Positions 23,784-37,041 of a stretch of 64,000 nucleotides of DNA are shown here, piece after piece (position 1 is the stretch's first letter; each line of letters begins with the position of its first letter). Origin of the DNA: Psammoneis japonica (lineage: Eukaryota); the NCBI GenBank assembly GCA_008632985.1, contig QPGO01000101.1:124001-188000 (forward strand), in the 5' to 3' direction. A program made the position numbers and the translations under genes. Below the pieces are notes generated by a model, which saw only the letters and a program-made list of their open reading frames with translations, was not told the DNA's origin and did no database searches.

Positions 23784-24214
23784 GGTCACTCCTACTGACT
23801 CTTTTGTTGTTTTATAGTTGTTTTCACTGTGAGTTGTTCTGTGGGTCTTGTTTTTGCTGTGAATCCTTCGAGAGAGGGGTCTTGTTTTTGTTTGAAAATT
23901 TGCAAACGCTCTTCTCAATTTTTCTTAAAAAAAATTGTTCATGTACATAAACTTTTTGTATCAAATAAAGTGATAATGGAAACAGCATAATATATATTGA
24001 GTTTCATATATACATTATTAAATTTTAAAATTTGAAAAATTGTCCTGTTTGCGTTGGATGGACACTACTCCTAGGTACTACGTACTGTACCAGTAGAGAG
24101 AGTAGGGGAGTTTACAGTAACAGCATGATAGTCTATGGCAGGCGGGAAGGGGGAACACTGACGAAACGAAGAGACGATCCTGGTCCAATTAACAGTTCCA
24201 ATCGTTCTTCGACC

Positions 24215-27200
24215 ATGAGTGAAGGAGACAATAATGCAACGGAGAAACAAATACCTCGTTTGTTAGTCGCCAGCAGAGACATTGATTACAGTACCGGTAT
24301 GATGAGGAGGAACTTACAAGACGAGATGATCCAGCCCGCAGATGCAGATTTCGTGAGTGGTTCAGGTGCTATTATCACTCGCCAATGCGGTAGTCTAGCC
24401 TCCCAGCATAGAGAGAACGCGACTGTCACGAATATAGTTGTAACACCGGAAGTGAATCCGTCAGATATATCAAATACAACCAAAAATACAGCGGATCTAA
24501 AAGATATTCCATGGTACCGCAATAAAAAGTGGAAAGTGATTGCACTGATTGCACTGATTGTAGGTACTGCAGCAGCTACTATTGTTGGTCTCACGGTCGG
24601 TGGAGGCGGTAGCGGTGGCAATAATCCTGGCCCTGAGGTTGATCCTGGCGAGCCCGAAGAAGCTGAGATCGGGCCGTTCGTAACTGCCGAAACGTCGTCT
24701 GAAATCATCATCATTCCAAAGCCATCTCAGCCTCCCATGGATCAGTTTAGCACGGGAGGGAATCGGACGAAATGCCCGCACCTTCAATCGGATTTGTTAG
24801 ATTGGCACAGTCCAACAACTTGGATGCCAGTAAGTGTTTGCTTGCCTTAAATGCTCGTCAATGTGCAGCCAATCTTTTATCCCTTACACTTGTTCTGCTT
24901 AGAATAATGTCCCTAGCAGCGGAGATGTGACGTTGCCCTTGAATAGTAAGGTTGTTATAACAGAAAGCATCGTCGGACAACTTGGAGTCGTTACCATTCC
25001 ACAATCTTCAGAGCTCATCATAGCAGAGGATTCAGCTAATGGGATTACTTTGAATATCAATGGAATGGAGGTGCAGGGCGCTCTCATCGCCGGATCGCAA
25101 ACTTGCCGATATGAGACAGAGCTAACCATTACGTTGCATGGCTCTCGTCCTAGTGACATTGATAGCTTTGGCGAGTCTCCAACGGCTACCACAACATACA
25201 AGGGGATATCTATCAACGGTGGTATCCTCAGTCTACACGGCAAGCGATACTTTCCAACTTGGACCAGGTTGGCGCAGACGGCCCCTGCTGGCCAGACCTA
25301 CCTACTCCTTCAAGATGCGGTCAACTGGCAGTCCGGGCATGAAATCGTTGTTACGACGACCGCGATTCACGATTCTCGTCACTGGCACCAGAACGAGGTG
25401 TTGACAATTGAGTCCATAGACATCAATCCTGTCCCCGGTGTAGGAGCCGCCGTATATCTGACAAAACCTCTCAGTCATAAACACATTGCCAACAACGGCT
25501 ATCAGGCTGAGGTTGGTCTGCTCACACGCAATATCCGAGTAGAAGGCGCTGCTGCCGATTCCGAGCCAGTCGACCCGGACCCAGGAACTTGTACGGGATC
25601 ATCGCATTTCGGAGCCAATATGGCTCCTTGTCCAGGGACCGATAAGACTGGATTTGGAGGTCATATTATCGTCCACTCGTCTGGAAAGGGATACGTCGAA
25701 GGTATTGAGCTGTTTCGCATGGGGCAAACCAATGTCCTCGGTCGGTATCCTATGCATTTTCATTTGCTTGGCGACTGTCCTGATTGTTACTTTCAGGATT
25801 CTTCGATTCACAGGAGCTTTTATCGATGCATAGCCATCCACGGAACTCACAATACGACTGTTTCTGAAAACGTCGCATACGACGTGATTGGATATTGCTA
25901 TTACCTAGAAGACGGCGTGGAAGAAGATAACAAGATCACCCATAATCTTGCAAGTCATATTCATCCTGTCAGCAATTACATTGCCAACAGTGGAAATGGA
26001 CAAACGATACCTGTGTTCTCTCAAAGAGCTGACCTAATCAATCCTGCAGACGTGACTGCAAGTGGGTATTATTTGACGAATCTCCACAATGACATAATCG
26101 GAAACGCCGCATCTGGCGGTTGGGCCGGTTTTGCCATGCCTGTTCTCCTCGCCCCGATCGGTCTACACAAGGACGTAAACATACGTCCGGCAAATCGCCT
26201 GACTAAAACCTTCAACGGCAATACAGCTCACAGCACCGGCTGGTGGTGGAGCCACGCTGGAGCCTTCTACTCGGGTGGATCGCTTTACTATTCTGATGGT
26301 GAACGGACACTCTTGGAATACAACGCGGGACGCGACCTGACGAACGGTCAGCGTCATCCATGCCTTGTTGACAAATGCGCAACAGTGAGCAACTGCAATT
26401 CTTACTGTCAAAGTGGTGAAAGGGCGTGGTTCAAGATCAGTAATTCCAAGGTCTTCCTCACTGCAAGCCCCGGTTTAAATAGCTGGAGTGGCCGGATGGA
26501 AGTAACTGACTTTGAAGCACATGATGTGGCGCTAGGCCTCGAGGCACTCGAGCCGGGCATTGGCATCAAGAATTTGCTGGTTAAGTGCAGATCCGGCGAG
26601 ACGTGGGTAATGCCTGGCAACGGTCCCCGCAGCGTACCAGCCAACGGTTTTTCCTGGTATGATACCGGACAAGAGCATATCGTTACGAAAGCTACATTCC
26701 GCAATTGTGGATTCAGGAATGACTTTCAACACAATGATGACTCCGTTACAAGAGGGTGTGACTCCAATCCTCTCAATGGATGTCACGCTGACTCCACTGT
26801 CTGGCGCATACCTAGCCATAGTGATCAGTTTACGCCAGAAATCATGCAGGCTACAGCCAATATTGCCTATGAAGATTGTGGTCGTAGGTTCAAGCTACAC
26901 GATTGGAAGGATAACAATAGCCCTTCAAGTGTGTCTGGTAGAACACAAAATTGGATGGACACTGACGGAACTGCATCGGGTCTTGGAGAACCGGTGATGA
27001 TTGGTTCAGGCCTTGCGGATGCGGGACACTGGTGGAAAGTGGAGCAAGACACAGTTCATGACCCTGATGGTCCTCTGGAATTCATACGAGTCAATAATGG
27101 GCCAGAGCGCGGTCTTGGACACGTTCGCTTCAGATGGAGAGATGATATCACCAATAGCGTCGGAGATACGACGTGTAAACATGGCAGGGGCTGCCCCACA

Positions 27201-27936
27201 ATCGGTCACATTCGCCACATTGGTTCCATGTTTGATGCTAGCAAAGACCCATCAGGTGGGCTTCCCATTACAGCGAACGCCGACGTTGCCGGCCCTGTTG
27301 GCGGGTTCCGGATGGTTGCTATCGCTCAATGATGGACCTCCAAAAAGGCTTCTGTTGAATAAGATTGAAGTAGATTCAAGGACACCACTCATGCTGGCAA
27401 TTCAATATCCGGCGAATACATCATTTTCAATCGTCGCCCGCGCTGCATATTGCTCGCCTACGAACACCCACTCCTGTCAAGAGACATTCAAACGAGTGAA
27501 CTCTATCTCGCATGTTCGCTTCAGCCAAGGTAATACGTATTATTTTGATGCTGCAACAAGCCTCCTTTGGATGCGAGTGATCCAATTCCCACAGACATTC
27601 ACAGGAGATAACGTCAACAGTGAATTTGCGGAGTGGCATCTATGGAATCTTGACACGCCAGATACTCGAAGGTGGAGTCCGAATGTGTACGCTCTTGATA
27701 GATACTCATTTGATGGCATCACGCTCCCAAAGTTAAATTCCCAGAATTACCTGGAGATCATTGCGGACTGTAATGAATCCATCCCTGGACACTGCGTCCA
27801 GCCTCCTGCCTACGTCGAACCTGAAGTGTGCTCCCCTGGACATATTCAGGTGGCCTATGACAAGTGTTGCAATAGCACCACCTCAACCGATTGTGAGGCC
27901 CTAATGCCGCCTCCAGCTTTATCACCAACTCCCTAA
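24215..27936 (+). CDS. G8-domain / parallel beta-helix protein (TMEM2/CEMIP/fibrocystin-L-like), type II membrane-anchored copy
   Basis: Exon 1 24215-24829 with TM segment; intron 24830-24902 (GTAAGT..TTAG); G8 then GRYPMHFH, SIHRSFYRC..HGTH, CYYLEDG. One extra C at ~27309 relative to the paralog shifts the frame. Confidence 0.85.
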
Positions 27937-29150
27937 GTAGTCTTTGCACAGAACTCCGACTGAGTATTCAATCCATGTTTTGAAGACGGTGGAATCCATC
28001 CATGGTACCCATAAGTCATGCACGAAGGCGGCCATCACTACTACGACCTACTATTCAAGGCAACGTCTGCGCTTGTCAGCGATAAATCCTGCAGCCGGAT
28101 GGGAGTGAATCTGTGCATGATTCGACTATTTGATCCCGGGCTTAATTGGACCTTATCAAGCTGCGCATTCCCAAGAATGCAGAGAGCTTGTTATCCCTCT
28201 CACTCTTCTTATTTAGGATGAGAGTGTCAGGCGATATCCAAGAGCATCAATAGCTATCTCAAATTCCGCTCGGTCCATGGTTCAGAATACCTCCCCGTCA
28301 ACTAGGACAAAATCTAGAGTGCAACCGTAGAGAACATAGCGATTCGTGACTCACACGTACTGTAGAGTGCAACCGCATTGATCACAGCGATTAATTACTC
28401 ACAACCGGTCGAGAGCTCTGGCGTTTGAGCCACCCTGCGCAATATTTAAGACGCTTTTAACATCTTAAAATGGCATGTCATCTGACGGAATCTTTTTTTT
28501 GTTGTTGCTTTACAACTTCAGCGTAGATTTGAGACCAGAGACCAAAAGGAGTGAGTGGTCTGTGTCCCCCCCCCCCCCCCCCCACTGGCGATTGTGGAGG
28601 GTTCACTCGCGTTTCTGATGATGCGACGTCTTTGGCCCATTGCAGTGACAGCACGTGAAGCTGCAAGAACCAGCCAGAACGAACCTTGGCAACCTCATTC
28701 TTTCTCTTCATCAATGTCAATTGATGGTTTGAGACTGAGCTTTTGGAGGTGCTGTCATTTTTCTTCCTCTTGTCCCTCTGAGTCAATCTTGTGAAGCTTC
28801 TGCTGTGTTGGTGCTGCTGCCTTGTCAGTGGCTTTGTCCATCCTGTCTGCACCACTGGCTTGACTGCTGGTTTGGCTGCAGCCTTCTGGTGGGTTTTGCT
28901 CCCCTCTCTTTTTTGGTGCAGGTTCCTGGTCATTTCAGGCCAGCCCCATCCCTTCCTGAGCAAGTCCGCTTCTTGCTCTGCACAGCCTGACAGCATTCAT
29001 CAGAGCCTTCTGTCAGACCTTTTGGCCATCTCAGGCAGCCGTGAATCTGCCTCTGAGATTCCCTTTGCCTTGCAGCAGCCTTTGCTCTGTCCGCGCATGC
29101 TGTTCTCAGCTGCTGTGCACTGAAACTGCTTCAGGCGCCAGGGTCACCAT
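24670..29150 (+). repeat. Segmental duplication copy A (paralog ~44567-49030)
   Basis: Near-identical G8 coding sequence, intron and 3' flank, continuing into degenerate DNA. Confidence 0.9.
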
Positions 29151-31120
29151 GAGTGGTGGAACTTTTGAACCAGCCATGGCCCATCCTTTTCCAAGCAATG
29201 CTTTCTCAGTGGAGCCCCATCTTCTTGCACACTGATCACAGAAGTGCCATTGCCTTGTTGATGGAGCAGTCAATTTTCCACCCAAGCAACGATCAGATGG
29301 TGCAAAAGAAGCTCAATTGCTGGCATCTGCAGCTGGCAGATGGCTCAGGTGCAGGTGAGCATCTGAAAAGCAAAAGTGATTGCTCAGGATCTTCCCAGCT
29401 GAGGATCAAAAAACGTGCAAATTCAATGAATTTCTGCTTTTTTTCATTGCAAAGCAGCAAAAAATCAAGTGTTGATTGCTGGCAGAAGCAAACACTGCAC
29501 ACACCACTTTTTTGCATTTAAACATCCAGAAACTGAGGTTGCAGCACCTCATTTCTTTTTGGACAAAGAAGCTGTCCCTTTTTTCAAAAACAAAGTCAGT
29601 TTGTTTGAATTTGTTGCCATGCACAAAATGATTGTTTGGCACAATGTTGCCTGCTGCCAGAAATGCGCTGGCACACCCCATGAATCATCAATCGATTGTT
29701 CCAGCAGCATTGACAATGAGACACCAACCAATCTCACCTCTGATGCGAAAGATGATTTGTCACTTGACTCATCATCAGGCAACTCCGTTTTTCCATGGAA
29801 ACACATGTCAAAAAAGAAAGCAAGTTTGTGTGTCCCCTCTGCTGGGCAATGATGAGATTTGTCTAGATGGCAACCTCTTGACAGCTTGGCCATTGCCGCT
29901 TCCAATGAGAGCCACAGTGGCAGTCTGTCTCTGCACAACAATTTCCATGCATGTTTTGTGTTTTTGCTTCTTGTCCCTGCCACCTCCAGCCCAAACCCCA
30001 CAAACCTGGCTCCAACTGGGCTGAGCTGGAGGTGGTGGGGGTGGACAAAAGTGCAAAACATTTGCAGAAATCACTGCACAGAAAGACTGCCACTTTACTC
30101 TTGTGGCAAGTGGCGACACCCAAGCTGCCCTGACCCAGATCCCAACTGCCACTTTCCTCAGAATCTGGCCTTCTTGGCACAATCAAGCATTTTTCCCTTC
30201 CTTGTGGTTTTCAAGCTAAAGCCAACAAGCTCTGCAACAACAAGCTTCCCGACCAACTGTGCAAACAAGAAATGGACCAGAAACATGTGCCCATTTCCCC
30301 CCAGCAAGTCTGAGTTTGACTTTGCACCCAGCAGCGTGCATCATGCAAAAATGATGCTCAGCACAAAAAGGAAGCACCAAAACCATGCTGGCTTGTTGCC
30401 CCAAAGAAAATTGCCCGCTGAACTTGCCAGCATGCTGCTGGCTCACCTCCAATCAAATCAACTGCTGAACTTGCTGGTGGGCTCCCTCTTCAACATGTGT
30501 GCATCACTTTGGTGTGACAGCAAAAGGCGTGCCACAAGCCAGAGACTTTGCTCACACATTTTTGGCAAAAGAGTGTGGTTGATCTTTCACCCACATCCAA
30601 GCCAGCAGTTGCCTTGACTGGTTGCCTTGACTGGAGGACACCAGAAGCAAAGCATCAGCCCTGCAGAGCAGCTTTTGGTCTGCAGAGCAAAAAAAGCAGT
30701 GCAAGCTCTTCCCCAGCTCAATTTGGGCTGCACTCCAAATGAACTTGGGTGCTCAAAAGTTTGTTGAGAAGGTGAGAAAAAGAGCAGCATTGACTGCATT
30801 GCAAGCACAACAATGGTCCACTTTGTTCTCCCTTGTCAGGTGCAATTTGCTCCAACTTCACCTGGCTTGCCATCAATCTGATTCTGCATGCCAGAAACAG
30901 TTTCTTGCATGATTCCTGTGAGAGTCATTGCAGGAAAGAACATCGAGTCCTGATTGTCATGTTTTCATGTTTTGAAAGTCAGCGGTGTACATTGCAGAGT
31001 TTGTGATTGCCGATTCCGTTCCATTGCATTCAGTGTCATTAGTCATCAAACACATCATGCTGATGTAGCACTTGGGCTCACAATGGCAGAAGAGAAACGA
31101 GAAAGTGGGTGCTTGTGAAA
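28600..31120. other. TpA- and CpG-depleted degenerate (probably TE-derived) DNA
   Basis: Few TA or CG, excess TG/CA, no recognisable protein motif. Confidence 0.6.
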
Positions 31121-31190
31121 ACAAAGACTACTGCTAATGAAAAAATGCATTAAACGCTACTACAGCTACTGGCTTCCCCCGGCATGGAAC

Positions 31191-34013
31191 CTACTCCGCA
31201 TTAATTACACGAGTAAGCTCCTCCATTTCGATTTGCCCATCAACAATCAACTCAGCGCACTTGGTTAGATTGGCTGTTTCTGACTTGCTCAGGTGACAAC
31301 ATCGTTTCTCAATGATTGTGAGGTCAACGTTGCCCTCAATAAACATTTCCCAGCCAATGACGGCATCCAACCACTCGCGAAAACGCTCAGTCTCCCTGAA
31401 ACGCTGGATCACAGATTGGCCTTGTGATACGTAATCTGTTCCTACTTCAATTTGCCTTGTATCATCATGCAAGATAACAAGCGGAACAATCACACAAGCA
31501 CGCAATCCCGGTCGAAATGATTTTGCAGCGCCACACCAGCTCTTGTCGAGACCCCAATCCGTTTGTTGCTCTACAAACCACGGAGTTAACATTTGATCGA
31601 AGTACCAATGAGCAAAGTCTCCTCTCATCAGCACAAAGGACTGTTCGGTGAACATCGTCGGGATCGGTGATATATGCACAAACTCTTGAACTTGTTTCTG
31701 CCTCCACAACTGCGCTTCGTGGTATTGATACCATTGCCTCTTGGGGGTAGATTCATGCCGCATTAAGGACTCGGTGATTGTTTCACGGAGAGGAGAAGCG
31801 ATAATAGTATCCCCTTTGCGCTCCATGAATGTGTTCCAAGGAAAACCCGTTAACCGCATGTCATTGTCCTTGAGAAGAACATAGTCATACAGAATGAATT
31901 CTTCTTTTAACGCATTGTCGATGAGAGAAAATTTGTTAAACGTCTTCTCATTGACATGGATGCGAAGCTTGATTGAAGAAGGCAACTCAGACACCATATT
32001 TAGAAGCGCTTCTTTGAGATCCACCGTCACCACAACTACGTTGACGATCCATCTCGATGTTGGATGCCACTTAGATAAGGACTCGGCATCCGTTTTAAGC
32101 CTTTTCAATTCCGTAGAGATAGAGGCTTCATCTTTAATACGGCAAACCGTCAAGGCTAAGACGCGCTCAGATCGTGTCATCAATTTAGTCGGCGGGAATC
32201 CATCAGAATGATCAACAGTGAGTGCCGGTGCTTTCTTACTTCTATCATGAGCCTTAACCAATTTGCCGGTCCCAATCCACGGGAATGTCGAAGTATATGT
32301 TGGTTTGGCAAGGTAGTAGATGGCTTCGTCTGCAACCACCAATTCACTCTCGTCCACATACCAAAAGGGATTCCCGTGAATATCTTGTGAGAAGGAATGT
32401 CTAAGTATCTCTTCCATTCCTCTACGGCGCACCATGTATCCAGCGCAGCCATAGTAGTCAGGGACCCAAGATACCCATGGATCACCTGCGATGTTCAAGA
32501 ATTCGGCAGCCATAGCCTCGTTGCTTGTGGACCATTGTAGAACGTTCCAGTCCGAAGGAGCTAATTCCATATGGCGCTTCCAATTGGAAAAGAACAATTC
32601 ATTTATAACAATGTCATCTTCAAGAATCAGTGCATACTCATCTCCAGCTTTGTAAGCAGTCAAGATTGCGGTGAGGTGTGACAAAAGGTTTGCAGCTTCA
32701 GTTTCTGTGTACTCTTTTTGTAGGTGCTTCTTCCTGTTCAGCGTATCCGCATTCGGTGGGACAATCTTTACCCCTTTGGCCTTGAACCTTCCAGTGGCTA
32801 GCAGTTGCTGAACCTGTTCCCTATTCACAGCTGGAATGCGCGTTGCGTTGAACTCGTGCCCAAAAGAAGTTAGATTTGAAAAGCGTTCCTCCATCAAGGC
32901 ACGTCGCTCTGTCGATTGGTCCAGGTTGATCCAGTATATAGGAAGAGGAAACGACGTAGCCTCCTCAGATGTGATCATTGGGAGTTTCGCCGACTCAAGC
33001 TTCGTCTCTGAGCTTGTTTGGGCAAGCGTGGAAACTTCGACGGACTTGTCTCCTTCAGCCTTCAACTTCGAGAGATCGACAGTAACCGGCTCTTGTTCAC
33101 CCTTCTCTTGTGAGTTACTTGCTTCTAACTCATATTGAAGATCAAGCTCCGTGTCTGTGTTTCTGTTGGGAATCATGGAAACTTCGACGGACTTGTCTCC
33201 AACATACTCTTGTCCAACGTTCTCTTGTGAGTTGTTTGCTTCTAACTCAGATTCAAGATCAAGCTTTGTCTCTGAGCTCGTTTCGGGAGGAGTGGAAACG
33301 TCGATGGACTTGTCTCCTTCAGCTCTCAGTTTCGGGAGCTCAGAATTAACGGACTCGTGTTCAACCTTCTCTTGGGAATTCTTTGCTTCAAAGTCAGATC
33401 CAAGATCAATAACGACCTTTGGCTTGAAAGCAAGCTCTCGAACCTTTCCTCTTTCCTTTCTTCGATTGGACTGTCTGGTAACATCTCGATTGGGAACAGA
33501 CCTGCTTTTGCTCTTTCCGCTTTCACCACTGCCTTTGCTCCGCTTGCCGCGCCTTCCTCCTTCGCTCCTCTTGCCGCGCCTTCCTTTACGCTTTCCTTTG
33601 CGCTTTCCTTTGCGCTTTCCTCCTCTACCTCCTCGTCCCTTCTTTCCTCTTTTTCCTTTGGAGCCTCTCTTATTGTAAATGCTTGGTAGGATGGGATGGA
33701 GTTTCTTCTTAGGGGAAGGAGTCGGCGATGAGGTGGGCGGTCCTGAGATCTGGTTAAGATGTCCACGCCAAAACATGTCGGCCTCGATTTGAGCCCTTCG
33801 GTGCTCCTGATCTGAATCTTCAATTATTTCATTTGATTGAAAGTCAGTAATGGCTTTGCCTCGAAGACTTGATTTGGCTTTGGTTTCTTCTGCTGAAATC
33901 ACGGTGTCCGCACCGGACACCGGGGATGCTACTGCCTCGTCTACGCCATCGGCGAGAACATAGCCTGCCATCCACCCTGTCAGGATGCAGACGGCACCGA
34001 ATGATACCTTCAT
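31191..34013 (-). CDS. GT25-like + DUF707-like glycosyltransferase paralog with a Lys/Arg/Gly-rich tract and three ~40-aa acidic repeats; no sulfotransferase domain
   Basis: Signal peptide MKVSFGAVCILTGWMAGYVLA; YWINL..ERR, LSHL, LILEDD, YDYVLLKDND, WGLD. Collinear with 20865-23783 up to LTKCA.LIVDG, then stops. Confidence 0.85.
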   Translation of the reverse strand: MKVSFGAVCILTGWMAGYVLADGVDEAVASPVSGADTVISAEETKAKSSLRGKAITDFQSNEIIEDSDQEHRRAQIEADMFWRGHLNQISGPPTSSPTPSPKKKLHPILPSIYNKRGSKGKRGKKGRGGRGGKRKGKRKGKRKGRRGKRSEGGRRGKRSKGSGESGKSKSRSVPNRDVTRQSNRRKERGKVRELAFKPKVVIDLGSDFEAKNSQEKVEHESVNSELPKLRAEGDKSIDVSTPPETSSETKLDLESELEANNSQENVGQEYVGDKSVEVSMIPNRNTDTELDLQYELEASNSQEKGEQEPVTVDLSKLKAEGDKSVEVSTLAQTSSETKLESAKLPMITSEEATSFPLPIYWINLDQSTERRALMEERFSNLTSFGHEFNATRIPAVNREQVQQLLATGRFKAKGVKIVPPNADTLNRKKHLQKEYTETEAANLLSHLTAILTAYKAGDEYALILEDDIVINELFFSNWKRHMELAPSDWNVLQWSTSNEAMAAEFLNIAGDPWVSWVPDYYGCAGYMVRRRGMEEILRHSFSQDIHGNPFWYVDESELVVADEAIYYLAKPTYTSTFPWIGTGKLVKAHDRSKKAPALTVDHSDGFPPTKLMTRSERVLALTVCRIKDEASISTELKRLKTDAESLSKWHPTSRWIVNVVVVTVDLKEALLNMVSELPSSIKLRIHVNEKTFNKFSLIDNALKEEFILYDYVLLKDNDMRLTGFPWNTFMERKGDTIIASPLRETITESLMRHESTPKRQWYQYHEAQLWRQKQVQEFVHISPIPTMFTEQSFVLMRGDFAHWYFDQMLTPWFVEQQTDWGLDKSWCGAAKSFRPGLRACVIVPLVILHDDTRQIEVGTDYVSQGQSVIQRFRETERFREWLDAVIGWEMFIEGNVDLTIIEKRCCHLSKSETANLTKCAELIVDGQIEMEELTRVINAE

Positions 34014-34539
34014 CGTCACACCTGTTGTTCGCTTTGTGGTGTTTTCGCGTTGTGTGTGGTTTGGTTTCGAATTTTGTGAGAGTGAGAGGAGTCTTGTGGT
34101 GATCGTGTTTTTGAATTTTGAAAAAAGTGCATTGAGCCCAATAAAATTATCCATCTCTATCATGATTATTGTTAATTTGCTTAAATGAATTCGCATACAA
34201 GATATATGAAAATTAATAATATCACATTCTAAGTACTTTGTGAGTGGAATCAAAAGCATATAGCCATGTATACATGCAGGGCACAATTAGGAATTTTGCG
34301 AGTACAAAATTTTATCGACTAATCATACCTATAAACATATTTTATCTTCAATCGGAAGCGCTCCACAAAAAATCTTGAGCATGCGCGCACGCACGGAGAC
34401 CCATACAGTAAACGGAAGACGGCTAGACTCACTCCCGGCTTGGGAGGTCTGTAATTGGTGCGGGAAGAAGAGGAAGAGAAAGACCTCCCACGGATCGTTA
34501 CATTTTTCAGCACTGAGCTAATCTGGCCAGTTAGCAAAA

Positions 34540-37041
34540 ATCAAAAAGCGGAGAACGACTTACAGACCAATTTTTTGTGCCAGCCTCTACACATTTTTCT
34601 CGTAGACACCATGGCGCTGTTGCGTCGTTTGTGCCGTCGTCGTCGCGTCTTTTTGTGGGGTGAGTCATGCACAAGATTCATGTTCTTTGTCCATGTCATG
34701 TGCAAGCGTTGGCCCAGTCTCGACAAGTGCCGTGCGTGTTGCAAAATGTGTCGTCAACTGAAGTGGTGTGATGATTCGTTTTTTTTGTCATCCTTCAACT
34801 TTGTTTCTTTTGTTTTACCTTCTTTTTTGGTTTGTGCTCCAATGTGCAGCATTTTGTTGTCACAACATAAGCATGAGTAATGGGTGACCGAGCATGAGTC
34901 GAGTTGTCACCCTGGCAACATGCGTTTGTGGTCGTCACATTGTCTGGTGGCATGTCCGTTCTTTGTTTTGTGACTCGTCGTTCCTTTGACTTCTTTCGCT
35001 CTTGTGGTGTCAGCTCTTGCCCCTCATTTTGCCTTGTCTTTCGATGTGTCAACAATGTTGGACAGAGGATTGAAATTGAAGTCTTTCAAGTTGATGCAAC
35101 ACTCCTCTTTGTTGCATCTGGATTTGGAATGCCTGGAAACGACGCTTGACCAACCCGAGCGCGCTGAGACTCGGGCTCGTTCTGGATTGATGGATGAGAT
35201 GCTCCTTCATGTTCTTTTCCCACGTCCTGCCAAAGGTGTCAACAGCATGTGCATCCATTCCAAGGGATGCCAGACCAACTAAATCATTGCCTGCAGGATG
35301 TTCTTGCACCGAGTTCTTTAAAGGCAGTGTGCAAAAGGTTCTTTTCGGTGTGGAGCTGGTTGTTGGAAGGGAAGTGCAACATGCTTTTGGATGAATTTCA
35401 TTTGCACTTGTGTCTGCTTTTGGTGAATGCCTTCTGGAAGCTTTTCCAAGAAGCATCTGATTTCTGATTGGCACTTGGGTGATCCGTTCTTGTTGGCTCT
35501 CCAAGAACACTCAACCATTTGTCTTGTCTGCTTCATTTTGGATTCCCAGCCTTTTGAAAACAATTGTCTGGGAGCCTTGGGCGATTGCATGATTGTGGAA
35601 TCATGTCATTTCAACAAGAATGGCAAAATGTGCCTGGCAGCCTGCTCCATTGCCGTGCTCAATGAAGACGGAAAGGTGGGGATCCGCGTGCAGCAAATTT
35701 GATGGCCGCTGCTTCTGCAAAGTCAGCTCAGAAGCAGTTTTGACACTTGAAGATTCTCTCCCTTGGCAGTTACATTTTGCTCCTGTGATTTGTCGCTTTC
35801 ACATGAACCCTGTTGCATGGAAGTTGACCAAATCCTGTTCAGTGCTGCACAACAAACGACAATGCATCGGTGCCATGGTGAGCATCGGGGAGCGACACAT
35901 CGTGAGGTGCTTTGTACGAGTGCCAAGGCTGCGTAGAATTTAACGTGGCACACAGAAATTGCGTAGAAAAATTTGCTGGCCAGACTGAAAAGTGCAACGC
36001 TCCATGGGAGTGGGCTGGACTCTCAGTGCACTGCACATTTTCCAAGTAGAAAAATGTCCGGGTTCGTGTCCACTGTCGGGGTGGAATTCTGAGTCACGAA
36101 CAGCAATTCGTGGGCAAAAACGGTCTGAAATCTGTCCCTTTTACGACGAAACAACACGGTGAAGTACGAAGCACCATGGCGCTCTTTGGACGCCATTGTC
36201 TCAAAATCTAATGGGGGGGGGGGGGGCAATTTAGCACCAAGGTCCATGTCTTTTCCTTCGTTGTGCAAATTGTTTCCCAATTGTTGAATGGCACAGGAAT
36301 CTCATCAAGAAAGCAGTGGCAGCAGGTGAGGGTCCAAAGTCAAGAGCGTCGACATTTTTCTTGATTCATCCAGTGCACTTTGTGATGCAACTCACATGTT
36401 TGTGAAACCATTGAATCACAAGCGCCCAATTGCATGGATGGAAAACATTTGGCATTCACACCACATGACTTCATTTGCGTGAAAAACATTTTGCTTTGTT
36501 CTGTGTCAGAGACGTGCTCCAGCCGCACGTGAACCAAATCGTGCACAAAAACATTTGCACGATTTTTGCACGGTCCCCAACTAAAAGCACAGTTCAGTGC
36601 AAATGCAAATGTTTTGCAACACTGACAAGACTCGTGTGAGTGTTGCAATGTCATTGTTGTTGTGCCATCTGTGTTTTTCATTGCGTTAAAAGAGTCGCAA
36701 CACAACGGATGATTTTCGGCGAAAATGTTGCCGTTGTTTGGATGTCACCCAAATGCATCTTTCTACGATGCCACTTGGCAGGTTTTCTGCCTGCAAAGAA
36801 ATCTCAGCACAAATCTGCTGACGTGCAATCAGCATTGAGTCTGCAGAGGAAGTTTGTGACACATGTCCCATGAGGACTTGAGTGCCCCACAAAAAACTGT
36901 TTGAATGTTCACACTCTAGACGCCTGTGAAAGTCAATCCCTCTAAGTGTTTTACATGAAAATGCCACACACGCTAAAAGATGCATGAATCACACTCAAAA
37001 TCGATTGTCGTTTTGTGCGTCACCTGGGACTGGAACATGTC
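34540..37041. mobile_element. Degenerate DNA-transposon derivative related to the 15923-16312 MITE
   Basis: Right end cacctgggactggaacatgtc (37021-37041) matches the MITE TIR, and it shares CGTAGA/TCTACG motifs (34601, 35932, 35962, 36762). Left TIR not found. Confidence 0.45.

Noticed and set aside
34014..34286. N-terminal ORF extensions upstream of the GT signal peptides (also 23784-23918)
   Set aside because: The paralogous MK(A/V)SFG signal peptides define the likely starts; the upstream sequence resembles A/C-rich 5' UTR.
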